The translations under genes and the position numbers were made by a program. Positions 54,088 to 61,604 of a stretch of DNA of 64,000 bases are shown in pieces. The notes beneath the pieces were generated by a model. The model was not told the DNA's origin, made no database searches, and saw only the letters and a program-made list of their open reading frames with translations. Each line of letters starts with the position of its first letter. Position 1 is the stretch's first letter. Origin of the DNA: an uncultured Candidatus Saccharibacteria bacterium. GTDB taxonomy: Bacteria; Patescibacteriota; Saccharimonadia; Saccharimonadales; Saccharimonadaceae. The stretch spans positions 19,561 through 83,560 of the forward strand of contig CAYSAD010000001.1 in assembly GCA_964428955.1 (NCBI GenBank), in the 5' to 3' direction.

Positions 54088-54263
54088 ACATCGGAACGCA
54101 CTCCAGGTTTTCGCATCAAAACAAGTTTTAACACTAACACCTTTGATCGTTCCTTCTTTCGGTTTAACAAATAGTCTTCGGACTTGGTTTGTCAAATTGG
54201 ACTGCCGCCTTGAGGCGACAAGTTCATGAACAAGTGTAGCAAATCGGCCGCTGTTTTTCCAGA

Positions 54264-54416
54264 TTAGACAAGCTCAAGGTCGACATCGTCAAGAGCGTCG
54301 TGTCGGCTCATCACGAAACTGGCTAGCTCTTCCTGGCTACGTTGGCGATCCCATGATGCCAGACTTAGGATATCAGTTAAGTTGACCGGCTCTACGTCAC
54401 CAGTTTGTTTTTCCAT
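54264..54416 (-). CDS. Possible 50-aa acidic ORF (low confidence)
   Basis: MEKQTGDVEPVNLTDILSLASWDRQRSQEELASFVMSRHDALDDVDLELV. No convincing SD or -10 hexamer. Confidence 0.2.
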   Translation of the reverse strand: MEKQTGDVEPVNLTDILSLASWDRQRSQEELASFVMSRHDALDDVDLELV

Positions 54417-54561
54417 ATGGTTTGCTTTCTATTTATGTTTAGTTTGTTATGTACTTATTTAAGCATAAAAGTTTTAAAAAAGCAATAGTAAAATCATAAA
54501 TCCGTGGTAATTTCGCAGTGCTTATGCTATAAATAACAGTGAAGGTAGGCAAAAAATAAAC

Positions 54562-55287
54562 ATGGACACGCTTCACGCATTTATCATTATCGTCGCCTGT
54601 GGACTCATCCACGCCAGCTTCCAGCTCAGCATTAGCGTACTGACATTACTTAGTGGCCATGCCATCGGAGCACGTGCCAGTCATGCTCGCGTACTTCGCC
54701 TGAGTGGTAGCTTCGTAGCAGGTGTAGCCGTCGCGACGACACTTATTACCTCGACCAGTGCACTAGTGCTGCTGTCGCTGTTCGGTTCATCCACTGTTCC
54801 ACTTTTGGCCTGGACCACAGCTTGCGGTCTTATGATTGGGCTGGGAGTTTCCATCTGGAGTTTTTACTATCGCCGCGAAACTGGTACAAGCTTATGGCTG
54901 CCGCGAAGCATCGCTGGCTATCTGACACAGCGCTCCAAAGCCACCAAACACAGCGGGGAAGCCTTCGGTTTAGGCCTCACTAGTGTTTTTAGTGAATTAC
55001 TCTTTATCATCGTCCCAACCATCGTGGCGTCGCTGACGCTCATTCAACTTTCACCCACTCTGCAGCTCACTGGCGTGTTGACCTATACTGCCATCTCCCT
55101 GTCGTCATTGTTTATCGTCGCTAGCCTCATTGGAGCGGGTCATAAACTCAGCACTATCCAAAAATGGCGTGAAACCAATAAATCGTTCCTGCAATTCGTC
55201 GGCGGTGCCGGACTACTGATACTAGGATTCTACATCTATGTCGAAAACGTGACGGCCGCATTCGCCTATTCTGGAGGAATCTACTAA
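54562..55287 (+). CDS. Six-TM membrane protein with paired ACGL motifs, hypothetical
   Basis: 241 aa. VACGLIHAS in TM1 and TACGLMIGL in TM3. First gene of a tight 3-gene operon. Confidence 0.65.
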   Translation: MDTLHAFIIIVACGLIHASFQLSISVLTLLSGHAIGARASHARVLRLSGSFVAGVAVATTLITSTSALVLLSLFGSSTVPLLAWTTACGLMIGLGVSIWSFYYRRETGTSLWLPRSIAGYLTQRSKATKHSGEAFGLGLTSVFSELLFIIVPTIVASLTLIQLSPTLQLTGVLTYTAISLSSLFIVASLIGAGHKLSTIQKWRETNKSFLQFVGGAGLLILGFYIYVENVTAAFAYSGGIY

Positions 55288-55288
55288 T

Positions 55289-55570
55289 ATGCCCGCCGTT
55301 GACATCATCAAGCACAGCGGGCAACGACCTAGCGAATCGTTCGATCAAGCTAAGTTGCATCAGAGTGTGCTGGCCGCCTGTCTGAGTGTGCGAACACCGG
55401 AAGGTGAAGCTGAACATATCGCCAAGCATGTCAGCCGAGCCGTCGGTCAATGGTGTCAGCAAAAACCGGAGGTCACCTCGCACGATATCCGCCGCGTAGC
55501 CGCCGACGCCCTGAACGCCTTTCACCCCGAAGCGTCTTACTTATATAAACAACACCGGGTAATCATCTAA
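55289..55570 (+). CDS. Stand-alone ATP-cone domain protein
   Basis: 93 aa. VDIIKHSGQRPSESFDQAKLHQSVLAA matches the ATP-cone start pattern (v.KrdG..e.Fd..Ki). GGAGGA SD. Starts 1 nt after the upstream stop. Confidence 0.65.
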   Translation: MPAVDIIKHSGQRPSESFDQAKLHQSVLAACLSVRTPEGEAEHIAKHVSRAVGQWCQQKPEVTSHDIRRVAADALNAFHPEASYLYKQHRVII

Positions 55571-55582
55571 GGAGCCGTCGGT

Positions 55583-56956
55583 ATGCCGAAAAAAACTCAT
55601 TTCGATTATGACCTCATTATTATCGGTAGCGGGGCCGGTGGCAGTGCCGCGGCGACCATCGCTGCCAGAAACGGCAAGAAGGTAGCTATTATCGAAGCCG
55701 ATACGTTTGGTGGCGATTCACCGAACTGGAGTGACGTCCCTACTAAAGCCCTGTTGCATGCCGCCCAAATTTATGACGAAGCCAAACATGCTGCTCGTTT
55801 TGGCCTCCGCTCCAGTACGCTCGGTTATAACTACCCCAGCCTGCGTACCTGGAAAGAATTGGCTGTCAAACGCACTGGTGCGGCCGGCAATCGCAAATAT
55901 TACGAAGACCAAGGCATTACCACCTTCCATGGCGTGGCCCATTTCCTAAGTCCCAACGAAATCAGTGTCAACCGCCGTCACCTCTCAGCCCGTCATTTCC
56001 TGGTTGCTACCGGCTCACATTGGGTCGCGCCAAATATCCAAGGCTTGAAACACATCGACTATCTGACACCGCGGACTATCCTTGAAGCTATCCGGCCACC
56101 AAAAAGTCTCTACATTATCGGCGCAGGTACGATTGGCGTAGAGATTGCTCAGCTGATGGCAACATTCGGTACGAAAGTTTATTTGGCTGAGATTGCCGGC
56201 CGCATCTTACCTCGAGAAGACGAAGAGGTCGGCCTGTTACTGGAGCGGCTCTTGAAGGAGCAAAAAGGTGTTACGAGTCTGACACAAACGCGAACACTGG
56301 CAATCGTAAAAGACGGCCCAAGTAAACGAGTCAGCTTTACGCGCGGTGGTATCGAACGTTCGGTGCGTGTTGACGAAATCCTGGTCGCGACAGGTCGCCA
56401 ACCGACCGTCGACATCGGTCTGGAAAATGCGACGGTCACCTACTCGCCTAAAGGTATCGAGGTTAACGATTATCTACAGACTAGCGCCCGTCACATCTTC
56501 GCTGCTGGTGACGTGCTCGGCCATGATTCCCACACCCACACAGCTTTTTTGGAAAGTCGCACCGTCGCACAAAATCTAAAAGGTAAAACAAAAATCAAAC
56601 CCGACTATACTGCCACGCCGCGTCTCAGCTTTACCTATCCGAGTATTGCGTCGGTGGGTTTGTCTGAAGATGACTGCATTAAGCGCGATCTTGCCATCAA
56701 CAAAGCGCTCGTCCCGCTGAATATGATTGCCCGCAGCAACACCAGTGATTTCCGCGACGGCTTTTGTAAACTTATCACTGATAAAAGAGGTGTCATTCTC
56801 GGTGGCACGATCGTCGCACCACACGCTGGCGAAATGATTCACGAAATAGCTCTGGCGGTCAAATACAGCATGAGCGCCACTCAGCTGGCTGCCACGCCAC
56901 ACGCTTTCTTAAGTTGGAGTGAAGTAGTTAAGCTGGCAGCGAGTAAATTAGCGTAG
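55583..56956 (+). CDS. Class I pyridine nucleotide-disulfide oxidoreductase homologue (Lpd/GR-like) lacking the redox-active CxxxxC
   Basis: 457 aa. FAD GxGxxG (IIIGSGAGGSAAA) and NAD GxGxxG (IIGAGTIGVE) are present. The site GGxCxNxGCxPSK reads GGDSPNWSDVPTK. Confidence 0.88.
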   Translation: MPKKTHFDYDLIIIGSGAGGSAAATIAARNGKKVAIIEADTFGGDSPNWSDVPTKALLHAAQIYDEAKHAARFGLRSSTLGYNYPSLRTWKELAVKRTGAAGNRKYYEDQGITTFHGVAHFLSPNEISVNRRHLSARHFLVATGSHWVAPNIQGLKHIDYLTPRTILEAIRPPKSLYIIGAGTIGVEIAQLMATFGTKVYLAEIAGRILPREDEEVGLLLERLLKEQKGVTSLTQTRTLAIVKDGPSKRVSFTRGGIERSVRVDEILVATGRQPTVDIGLENATVTYSPKGIEVNDYLQTSARHIFAAGDVLGHDSHTHTAFLESRTVAQNLKGKTKIKPDYTATPRLSFTYPSIASVGLSEDDCIKRDLAINKALVPLNMIARSNTSDFRDGFCKLITDKRGVILGGTIVAPHAGEMIHEIALAVKYSMSATQLAATPHAFLSWSEVVKLAASKLA

Positions 56957-56980
56957 AGCTTTGAAATCGCAGGTTGGATC

Positions 56981-57122
56981 TAGGGGTAGGATTATCGCTC
57001 GTTTTGCTCGCTCCTCCGCTCATTCATGAAAAAATGTAAACACTTTTTCATTTCATTCGCTACGCGACCCAACGACTACGCCGAGCTGAAGCTCGGCTGT
57101 CGTAGAACTAAATCCTACCCTC
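56981..57122. repeat. Inverted repeat built from tRNA-fMet T-arm fragments, enclosing two internal hairpins
   Basis: GGGGTAGGATT (56983-56993) and AATCCTACCC (57111-57120) both match the T-stem/acceptor junction of the tRNA at 57169-57246. Internal hairpins: ATGAAAAA/TTTTTCAT (57026-57051) and CCGAGC/GCTCGG (57081-57096). Confidence 0.5.
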
Positions 57123-57136
57123 AGAAAGCCAAAGAA

Positions 57137-57168
57137 AAAACTCCGAGCAAATGCTCAGAGTTTTTTCT
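57137..57168. terminator. Hairpin terminator after tRNA-fMet (also usable on the plus strand)
   Basis: CTCCGAGCA (57141-57149) pairs with TGCTCAGAG (57152-57160), flanked by A6 and T6 runs. Confidence 0.7.
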
Positions 57169-57246
57169 TGGTTGCGGGGGTAGGATTTGAACCTACGACC
57201 TTGTGGTTATGAGCCACACGAGCTGACCAGACTGCTCCACCCCGCG
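57169..57246 (-). tRNA. tRNA-fMet (CAT), initiator type
   Basis: C1xA72 mismatch at the top of the acceptor stem (CGCGGGG / CCCCGCA). Anticodon loop CTCATAA, but only two G-C pairs at the bottom of the anticodon stem. Encoded CCA. Confidence 0.85.
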
Positions 57247-57277
57247 ATACATTGACTAGATTAACAGAGAAGCGGAA

Positions 57278-57721
57278 CTATTGCAAGCTCCTGGAGTTGC
57301 CACCAAATATGAAATTCGTCCACTGTTCGAAGTTACTCGGCTTAATAGAGCGTACCGGCTGGGCAGCATCGGCTTTTTGATCAGATACTGTGGCGACTTT
57401 GGAATTCGGTGGTAAAATCAATACTTTCTCTCCAGGACTGGCCAGTCCCAAACGATCGCGCACGGCCAGCTCCTGATACTCGGCACTTTTGTAGTAACGC
57501 TGTTCGTACGTCAGATTTTGTGCCTCAAGTTCCAGCAGTTTTTCTTCACGTTTCTTGCTATCGACTTGCTTCTGCAAGTCATAGTTGCGCTGCATGACAC
57601 CGATTGAACCCCAGGCCCAACTAGCAGCGATAAAAAGCGCCACTATAATGACGGCATTATTAAGTGTCATGTAATCGTGACGGATATGATACCAGTTGCG
57701 ACGGATGTTTATTTTTTTCAT
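57278..57721 (-). CDS. FtsB/DivIC-like septum formation initiator
   Basis: 147 aa: one TM helix, then a leucine-zipper-like coiled coil and the motif AVRDRLGLASPGEKVL typical of the family. Confidence 0.7.
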   Translation of the reverse strand: MKKINIRRNWYHIRHDYMTLNNAVIIVALFIAASWAWGSIGVMQRNYDLQKQVDSKKREEKLLELEAQNLTYEQRYYKSAEYQELAVRDRLGLASPGEKVLILPPNSKVATVSDQKADAAQPVRSIKPSNFEQWTNFIFGGNSRSLQ

Positions 57722-57782
57722 GCTTGCCTGTGCTGCTTATTATAGTCCAAACGGGGTTAATACGCTATAATGGCCAGAGGTC

Positions 57783-57858
57783 GGGGGCGTAGCTCAGTGG
57801 TTAGAGCAGTTGGCTCATAACTAATTGGTCGCTGGTTCAAGTCCAGCCGCCCCCACCA
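57783..57858 (+). tRNA. tRNA-Ile2 type (CAT, lysidine substrate)
   Basis: D-arm TAGCTCAGTGGTTAGAGCAG and TTGGTCGCTGGTTCAAGTCCAGC are identical to E. coli tRNA-Ile2 as I recall it. Anticodon loop CTCATAA, encoded CCA. Confidence 0.8.
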
Positions 57859-57868
57859 ATGTCGTAAG

Positions 57869-57900
57869 AAAAACGCAGCTTTTAGGCTGCGTTTTATTTT
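57869..57900. terminator. Bidirectional hairpin terminator
   Basis: AACGCAGC (57872-57879) pairs with GCTGCGTT (57886-57893), with an A-run before and a T-run after. Confidence 0.7.
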
Positions 57901-58595
57901 TCAATGTGAACATGGAGCTTTGATTTGACTGTGTCGTATACGACACAAAAATCGTCAAGTTTAGCTATTTGCCTACGGGCGCGTAAAAACTTGCCGTATG
58001 AATGGAAATTCTCTCGAGCGAATTGCATCAATTGATGGAAAGCTGGATATTCACTCATAGCATCGACTAAACTCTCAATCTTCCCAGCATATCGCGCAGC
58101 ATCTTCGTCACTGGTAAATTGGTAATCCCTGAAAGCTTCGTTCGGATATGAACCTTCTACCGAAAGGACGTTCTGTAGCGATTCAAGCTTCTCAACGAAA
58201 CATTTGAACTGCAGACTGACTTCCTTCTTGTCCGAAACGTTCATGCGCTCGAACTGACCAGCTTCCAATAATTTCGCAAGATTAAAATGCTCGAACGCGG
58301 CGACAATGTCGCGATCATCGTTAGTTACATCTTTAGCAGCTTCAAACAGCGGGTCGGTTGCTTCGCCTGGTCGCACACCACCACCCAATTCATTATAGGC
58401 TTCGCTATAGTGCCTGTCTAAAGCTTGGCGTGCCATCAAACGGGAATACATCGCTTTTCGTTGAGCCTCAAATGGCGCCGGGTACTCGTAGCGTACCGCG
58501 TTCGGATTATCATCATACTCCGGCACAGCTACAACAAGCGGTGATTTATCGTCACCGGGAAGATCGAATGGCAACATTTCTTGCGATTCACTCAT
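57894..58595 (-). CDS. Hypothetical acidic soluble protein (orphan)
   Basis: 233 aa, no TM helix, no motif recognised. Has its own TTGACT-17-TATAAA promoter 6 nt from the ATG. Confidence 0.6.
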   Translation of the reverse strand: MSESQEMLPFDLPGDDKSPLVVAVPEYDDNPNAVRYEYPAPFEAQRKAMYSRLMARQALDRHYSEAYNELGGGVRPGEATDPLFEAAKDVTNDDRDIVAAFEHFNLAKLLEAGQFERMNVSDKKEVSLQFKCFVEKLESLQNVLSVEGSYPNEAFRDYQFTSDEDAARYAGKIESLVDAMSEYPAFHQLMQFARENFHSYGKFLRARRQIAKLDDFCVVYDTVKSKLHVHIEK

Positions 58596-58601
58596 GCTAA
58601 A

Positions 58602-58630
58602 TTTATAGCATAAGTATCTTAAAAAGTCAA
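58602..58630 (-). promoter_or_regulatory. Promoter TTGACT-17-TATAAA, 6 nt upstream of ATG 58595 (leaderless-type)
   Basis: Minus strand: TTGACT (58630-58625), 17 nt, TATAAA (58607-58602). Confidence 0.5.
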
Positions 58631-58652
58631 CCCTCTTACCCTCTAGTTGTGC

Positions 58653-59762
58653 CTATTCCCAGCGGAAGACTTTGAAAGCAATCAAGTAAATTATAACCGT
58701 CCAGGCTGCCATCATACCCAATTGTGGCAGGATATCGACGAAATGCGCGCCTTCGGTAGCAATCAGACGTATACCATCAATCACCGGTGTAAGTGGCAAG
58801 AAAGCTGAGACATGTTGCAGCCATTCCGGCATCAGGAAACGTGGGAAAAAAGTTCCGGACAGGAACATCATAGGAAACACGATAATGTTACTGAGCGGCG
58901 CGGCTTGACGTTCGTTCTTAGCCCAACCACCAAGCGCCAATCCAATCCCTAGAATCATGAAGATACCAAAAATGGTAAACACGGCCAGTTCAAAGTAATT
59001 ACCAACCACCTCCAAGTGGAACACTCCAATCGCCACCGCGAACATAATCGCGATCGACAGCAGTCCTGTCGTGGCCTGACCAAGCATAATTGATAAGAAA
59101 TACTGCCAAACCCGCAGCGGCGTAGTACTGAGGCGGCGCAAAATTCCCATCTTCTTTAGCTCCGGAAAAACGTTTATCGGACCGAAGATACCCATGCCAA
59201 TGATGGCAAAGCCGAGCAAACCGGCAAACGAATAGTCAAAGGCAGTCAAGCTACGCTCGTTCAGCTGCTCAGAGGCGACCGAGAACGGCGTCTTGTTATC
59301 GACGAACTTAGCGTTGATTTGCTTGAATTGGGCATCGAGTACCGACTGCAGAGCTGTAGCTGACGATTGGTTATTTTGCGTATACAGAATCTTGGCTTGA
59401 CCACTCGGATACTTCTGGCCGCTCTTCATCGTGCCGAAATCAGCCGGCAAGATAATTGTCGCGTCTACTTCAGAGCGACTCATTTTCTCTTTAGCTTGAT
59501 CAAGATTGGTAACTTCTTTATTAACTTTGAGAATCTTGCTTTTATCAGAATCGGCCACGAATTGCTTGGCAAATGAGCTGTCCGACTGATTTATGACAGC
59601 GACATTAAACGAAACATCGTTATTACCACTATTCAAACCACCGAAAACGAACAGGAAAATCAGCGGAAAGCCGATGCCGAAGAATATCGATAGTTTGTCG
59701 CGGAAAAAACGCTTGGTGTTAATTTTGTAAAATGTTAGTACGGTGTAAAATGATTTTTTCAT
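58653..59762 (-). CDS. ABC-2 type transporter permease
   Basis: 369 aa: one N-terminal TM helix, a large extracytoplasmic loop, then 5 C-terminal TM helices. Follows the ATPase gene after a 3-nt gap. Confidence 0.85.
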   Translation of the reverse strand: MKKSFYTVLTFYKINTKRFFRDKLSIFFGIGFPLIFLFVFGGLNSGNNDVSFNVAVINQSDSSFAKQFVADSDKSKILKVNKEVTNLDQAKEKMSRSEVDATIILPADFGTMKSGQKYPSGQAKILYTQNNQSSATALQSVLDAQFKQINAKFVDNKTPFSVASEQLNERSLTAFDYSFAGLLGFAIIGMGIFGPINVFPELKKMGILRRLSTTPLRVWQYFLSIMLGQATTGLLSIAIMFAVAIGVFHLEVVGNYFELAVFTIFGIFMILGIGLALGGWAKNERQAAPLSNIIVFPMMFLSGTFFPRFLMPEWLQHVSAFLPLTPVIDGIRLIATEGAHFVDILPQLGMMAAWTVIIYLIAFKVFRWE

Positions 59763-59765
59763 GCG

Positions 59766-60521
59766 TTATTCCCTCAAGCCTTTGCCGGTCAAGTCGATAA
59801 AGACATCTTCCAAATTCGCCTGTTCAACATGTTGCTCCTTTTTGAAGCCGCGTTTAAGTAACGCTTTGATCAGATTCTTCGGCGTATCAATAGCGACAAT
59901 CTTGCCAGCATCCATCACGGCGATGCGATCGCATAATATCTCAGCCTCATCCATATAGTGGGTCGTCATGATAACGCTAATACCCCGATCACGGACTTTC
60001 TTAATGAGCTCCCATAGATTTCGTCTGGCCTGCGGATCAAGGCCAGTGGTTGGCTCGTCTAGGAAGAAGACTTTCGGTCCATGAACCAATGCGGTCGTAA
60101 TCGATAGGCGCTGTTTTTGTCCACCTGACAATTGCTCAACGTAGGCATTAGCCTTTTCTTCTAAGTCAACATCACGTAGAAATTCCATTGCATCAACGTG
60201 TTCACCATAGGCGGCGGCGAACATTTCAATCACTTCGGTCAGTTTTGTTTTATCTTGGAAGGCCGGCGCTTGCGGCTGGACCCCAATGATATATTTGATT
60301 TTCTGTGGGTTTTCCGCGACATCGATACCGTCAATTTTAGCGCTACCACCGTCAATCTCACGCAATGTTTCAATCATTTCCAGTGTAGTCGTCTTACCGG
60401 CACCATTAGGGCCAAGGATGCCGAAGATTTCCCCTTTTTTAACTGAGAAGCTAATACCATCAACAGCCATTTTGTCGTCATAGCGCTTCTTGAGATCTTT
60501 TACTTCTACCATATTACTCAT
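59766..60521 (-). CDS. ABC transporter ATP-binding protein (DrrA/CcmA-like)
   Basis: 251 aa. GPNGAGKTT, LSGGQKQRL, FLDEPTTGLD. Confidence 0.93.
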   Translation of the reverse strand: MSNMVEVKDLKKRYDDKMAVDGISFSVKKGEIFGILGPNGAGKTTTLEMIETLREIDGGSAKIDGIDVAENPQKIKYIIGVQPQAPAFQDKTKLTEVIEMFAAAYGEHVDAMEFLRDVDLEEKANAYVEQLSGGQKQRLSITTALVHGPKVFFLDEPTTGLDPQARRNLWELIKKVRDRGISVIMTTHYMDEAEILCDRIAVMDAGKIVAIDTPKNLIKALLKRGFKKEQHVEQANLEDVFIDLTGKGLRE

Positions 60522-60529
60522 AGGTTAAA

Positions 60530-60535
60530 ATTATA
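60530..60535 (-). promoter_or_regulatory. -10 TATAAT 8 nt upstream of ATG 60521 (leaderless-type)
   Basis: Plus-strand ATTATA at 60530-60535. Confidence 0.4.
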
Positions 60536-60573
60536 CACCCCATCTAACAAGTACGCTAGATGTTACAACAATC

Positions 60574-60603
60574 AAAAAGCCCCCAGGGCTGGGGGCGTTT
60601 TTG
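60574..60603 (-). terminator. Rho-independent terminator
   Basis: GCCCCCAG/CTGGGGGC stem. On the minus strand it is followed by TTTTTGATTG. Confidence 0.75.
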
Positions 60604-60655
60604 GCACCTGTTTGTTTGATACGAGTGTATCACCAACCATAGGCGCGTTGCAATA

Positions 60656-60862
60656 TTATTTTTTCTTTGAGACTGTCAAGAAACCGTTGCGTGGGTTTTC
60701 TTTGACAACGCGATCTGCTGGCAAGTCAACTGGTTGACCTTTCGCGTTCTTCTCTACCTTCGCGAAGAAGTAGATTGTTTGTGGTTTGCCGCCACGAAGT
60801 GTAACTTCGGTGCTGTGCAAGTAATAGGTGATGCCCTTTGAGTTTGTGTGCTTGTAAGCCAT
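60656..60862 (-). CDS. Small basic protein, hypothetical
   Basis: 68 aa from ATG 60862 with a strong AAAGGAGGA SD (MAYKHTNSKGITYYLHSTEVTLRGGKPQTIYFFAK...). The ORF-track N-terminal extension was rejected. Confidence 0.6.
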   Translation of the reverse strand: MAYKHTNSKGITYYLHSTEVTLRGGKPQTIYFFAKVEKNAKGQPVDLPADRVVKENPRNGFLTVSKKK

Positions 60863-60927
60863 AGTCTTATATCCTCCTTTAGCTCTTACAAGGTTAAGAG
60901 TAGCGCCTCTAAAGGACGGTGTCAACT

Positions 60928-61557
60928 CTAAATTGACTGATAATGACGCCGGAGCAATAATTTCAAAACACCCAGGGCCAGCAAACGCACTACGATGATA
61001 AGGGTTAGTAGCAGGCAAACTGCCACTGACCAGCCGGCGAAATCGGGTGACCAAAGCGGCGCGATAAACTCATGCCGATAGAGGTCAGATGGCGGCAGAT
61101 TAATCTGGCTGGGTATATTTTTCGATGCCGGATGTTTGTCGAGTTCATTCATAAAACACTGCAAATAAGCTGACGAATAGTAGGCAAACTGCGAATCGCA
61201 GACATTAGAGGCCTGTTTGTAAATATTACCACTAGCATCAGCCCCTTGGCTGGCCTGTTTGACACGCTCCTGGCTGTCGCGCTTGTATTGATGCTCCAAG
61301 TAAAATTGCCCAGTGCCGGTGTTCATGTGTGCTACCGTGTAGCGCTGTAAATCATACAATCGATTCTTGATATCAGCGTTCGTGCCGTGTTCATCAGCGT
61401 CGAGCACGGCCGTCCGCCGTTCGACCATACCGATATTATTGAGCCGTAAGAACGTGGCCGCCACCATACTCGCCAGTAACAGCAAAATAACCAGCTGCCA
61501 GGTTTTCACCTTACTGAGCCGTTTTATGTCTCGTTTGACCAGTCGTTTATTTGCCAC
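60928..61557 (-). CDS. Bitopic or double-anchored membrane protein, hypothetical
   Basis: 209 aa. GTG start with AAGGTGGGTG SD. TM helices near both termini, central soluble domain with 2 Cys. Confidence 0.55.
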   Translation of the reverse strand: MANKRLVKRDIKRLSKVKTWQLVILLLLASMVAATFLRLNNIGMVERRTAVLDADEHGTNADIKNRLYDLQRYTVAHMNTGTGQFYLEHQYKRDSQERVKQASQGADASGNIYKQASNVCDSQFAYYSSAYLQCFMNELDKHPASKNIPSQINLPPSDLYRHEFIAPLWSPDFAGWSVAVCLLLTLIIVVRLLALGVLKLLLRRHYQSI

Positions 61558-61604
61558 CTAGCGCTTCACCCACCTTTGTTACTGCTGCTAGTATATCACG
61601 GAGG

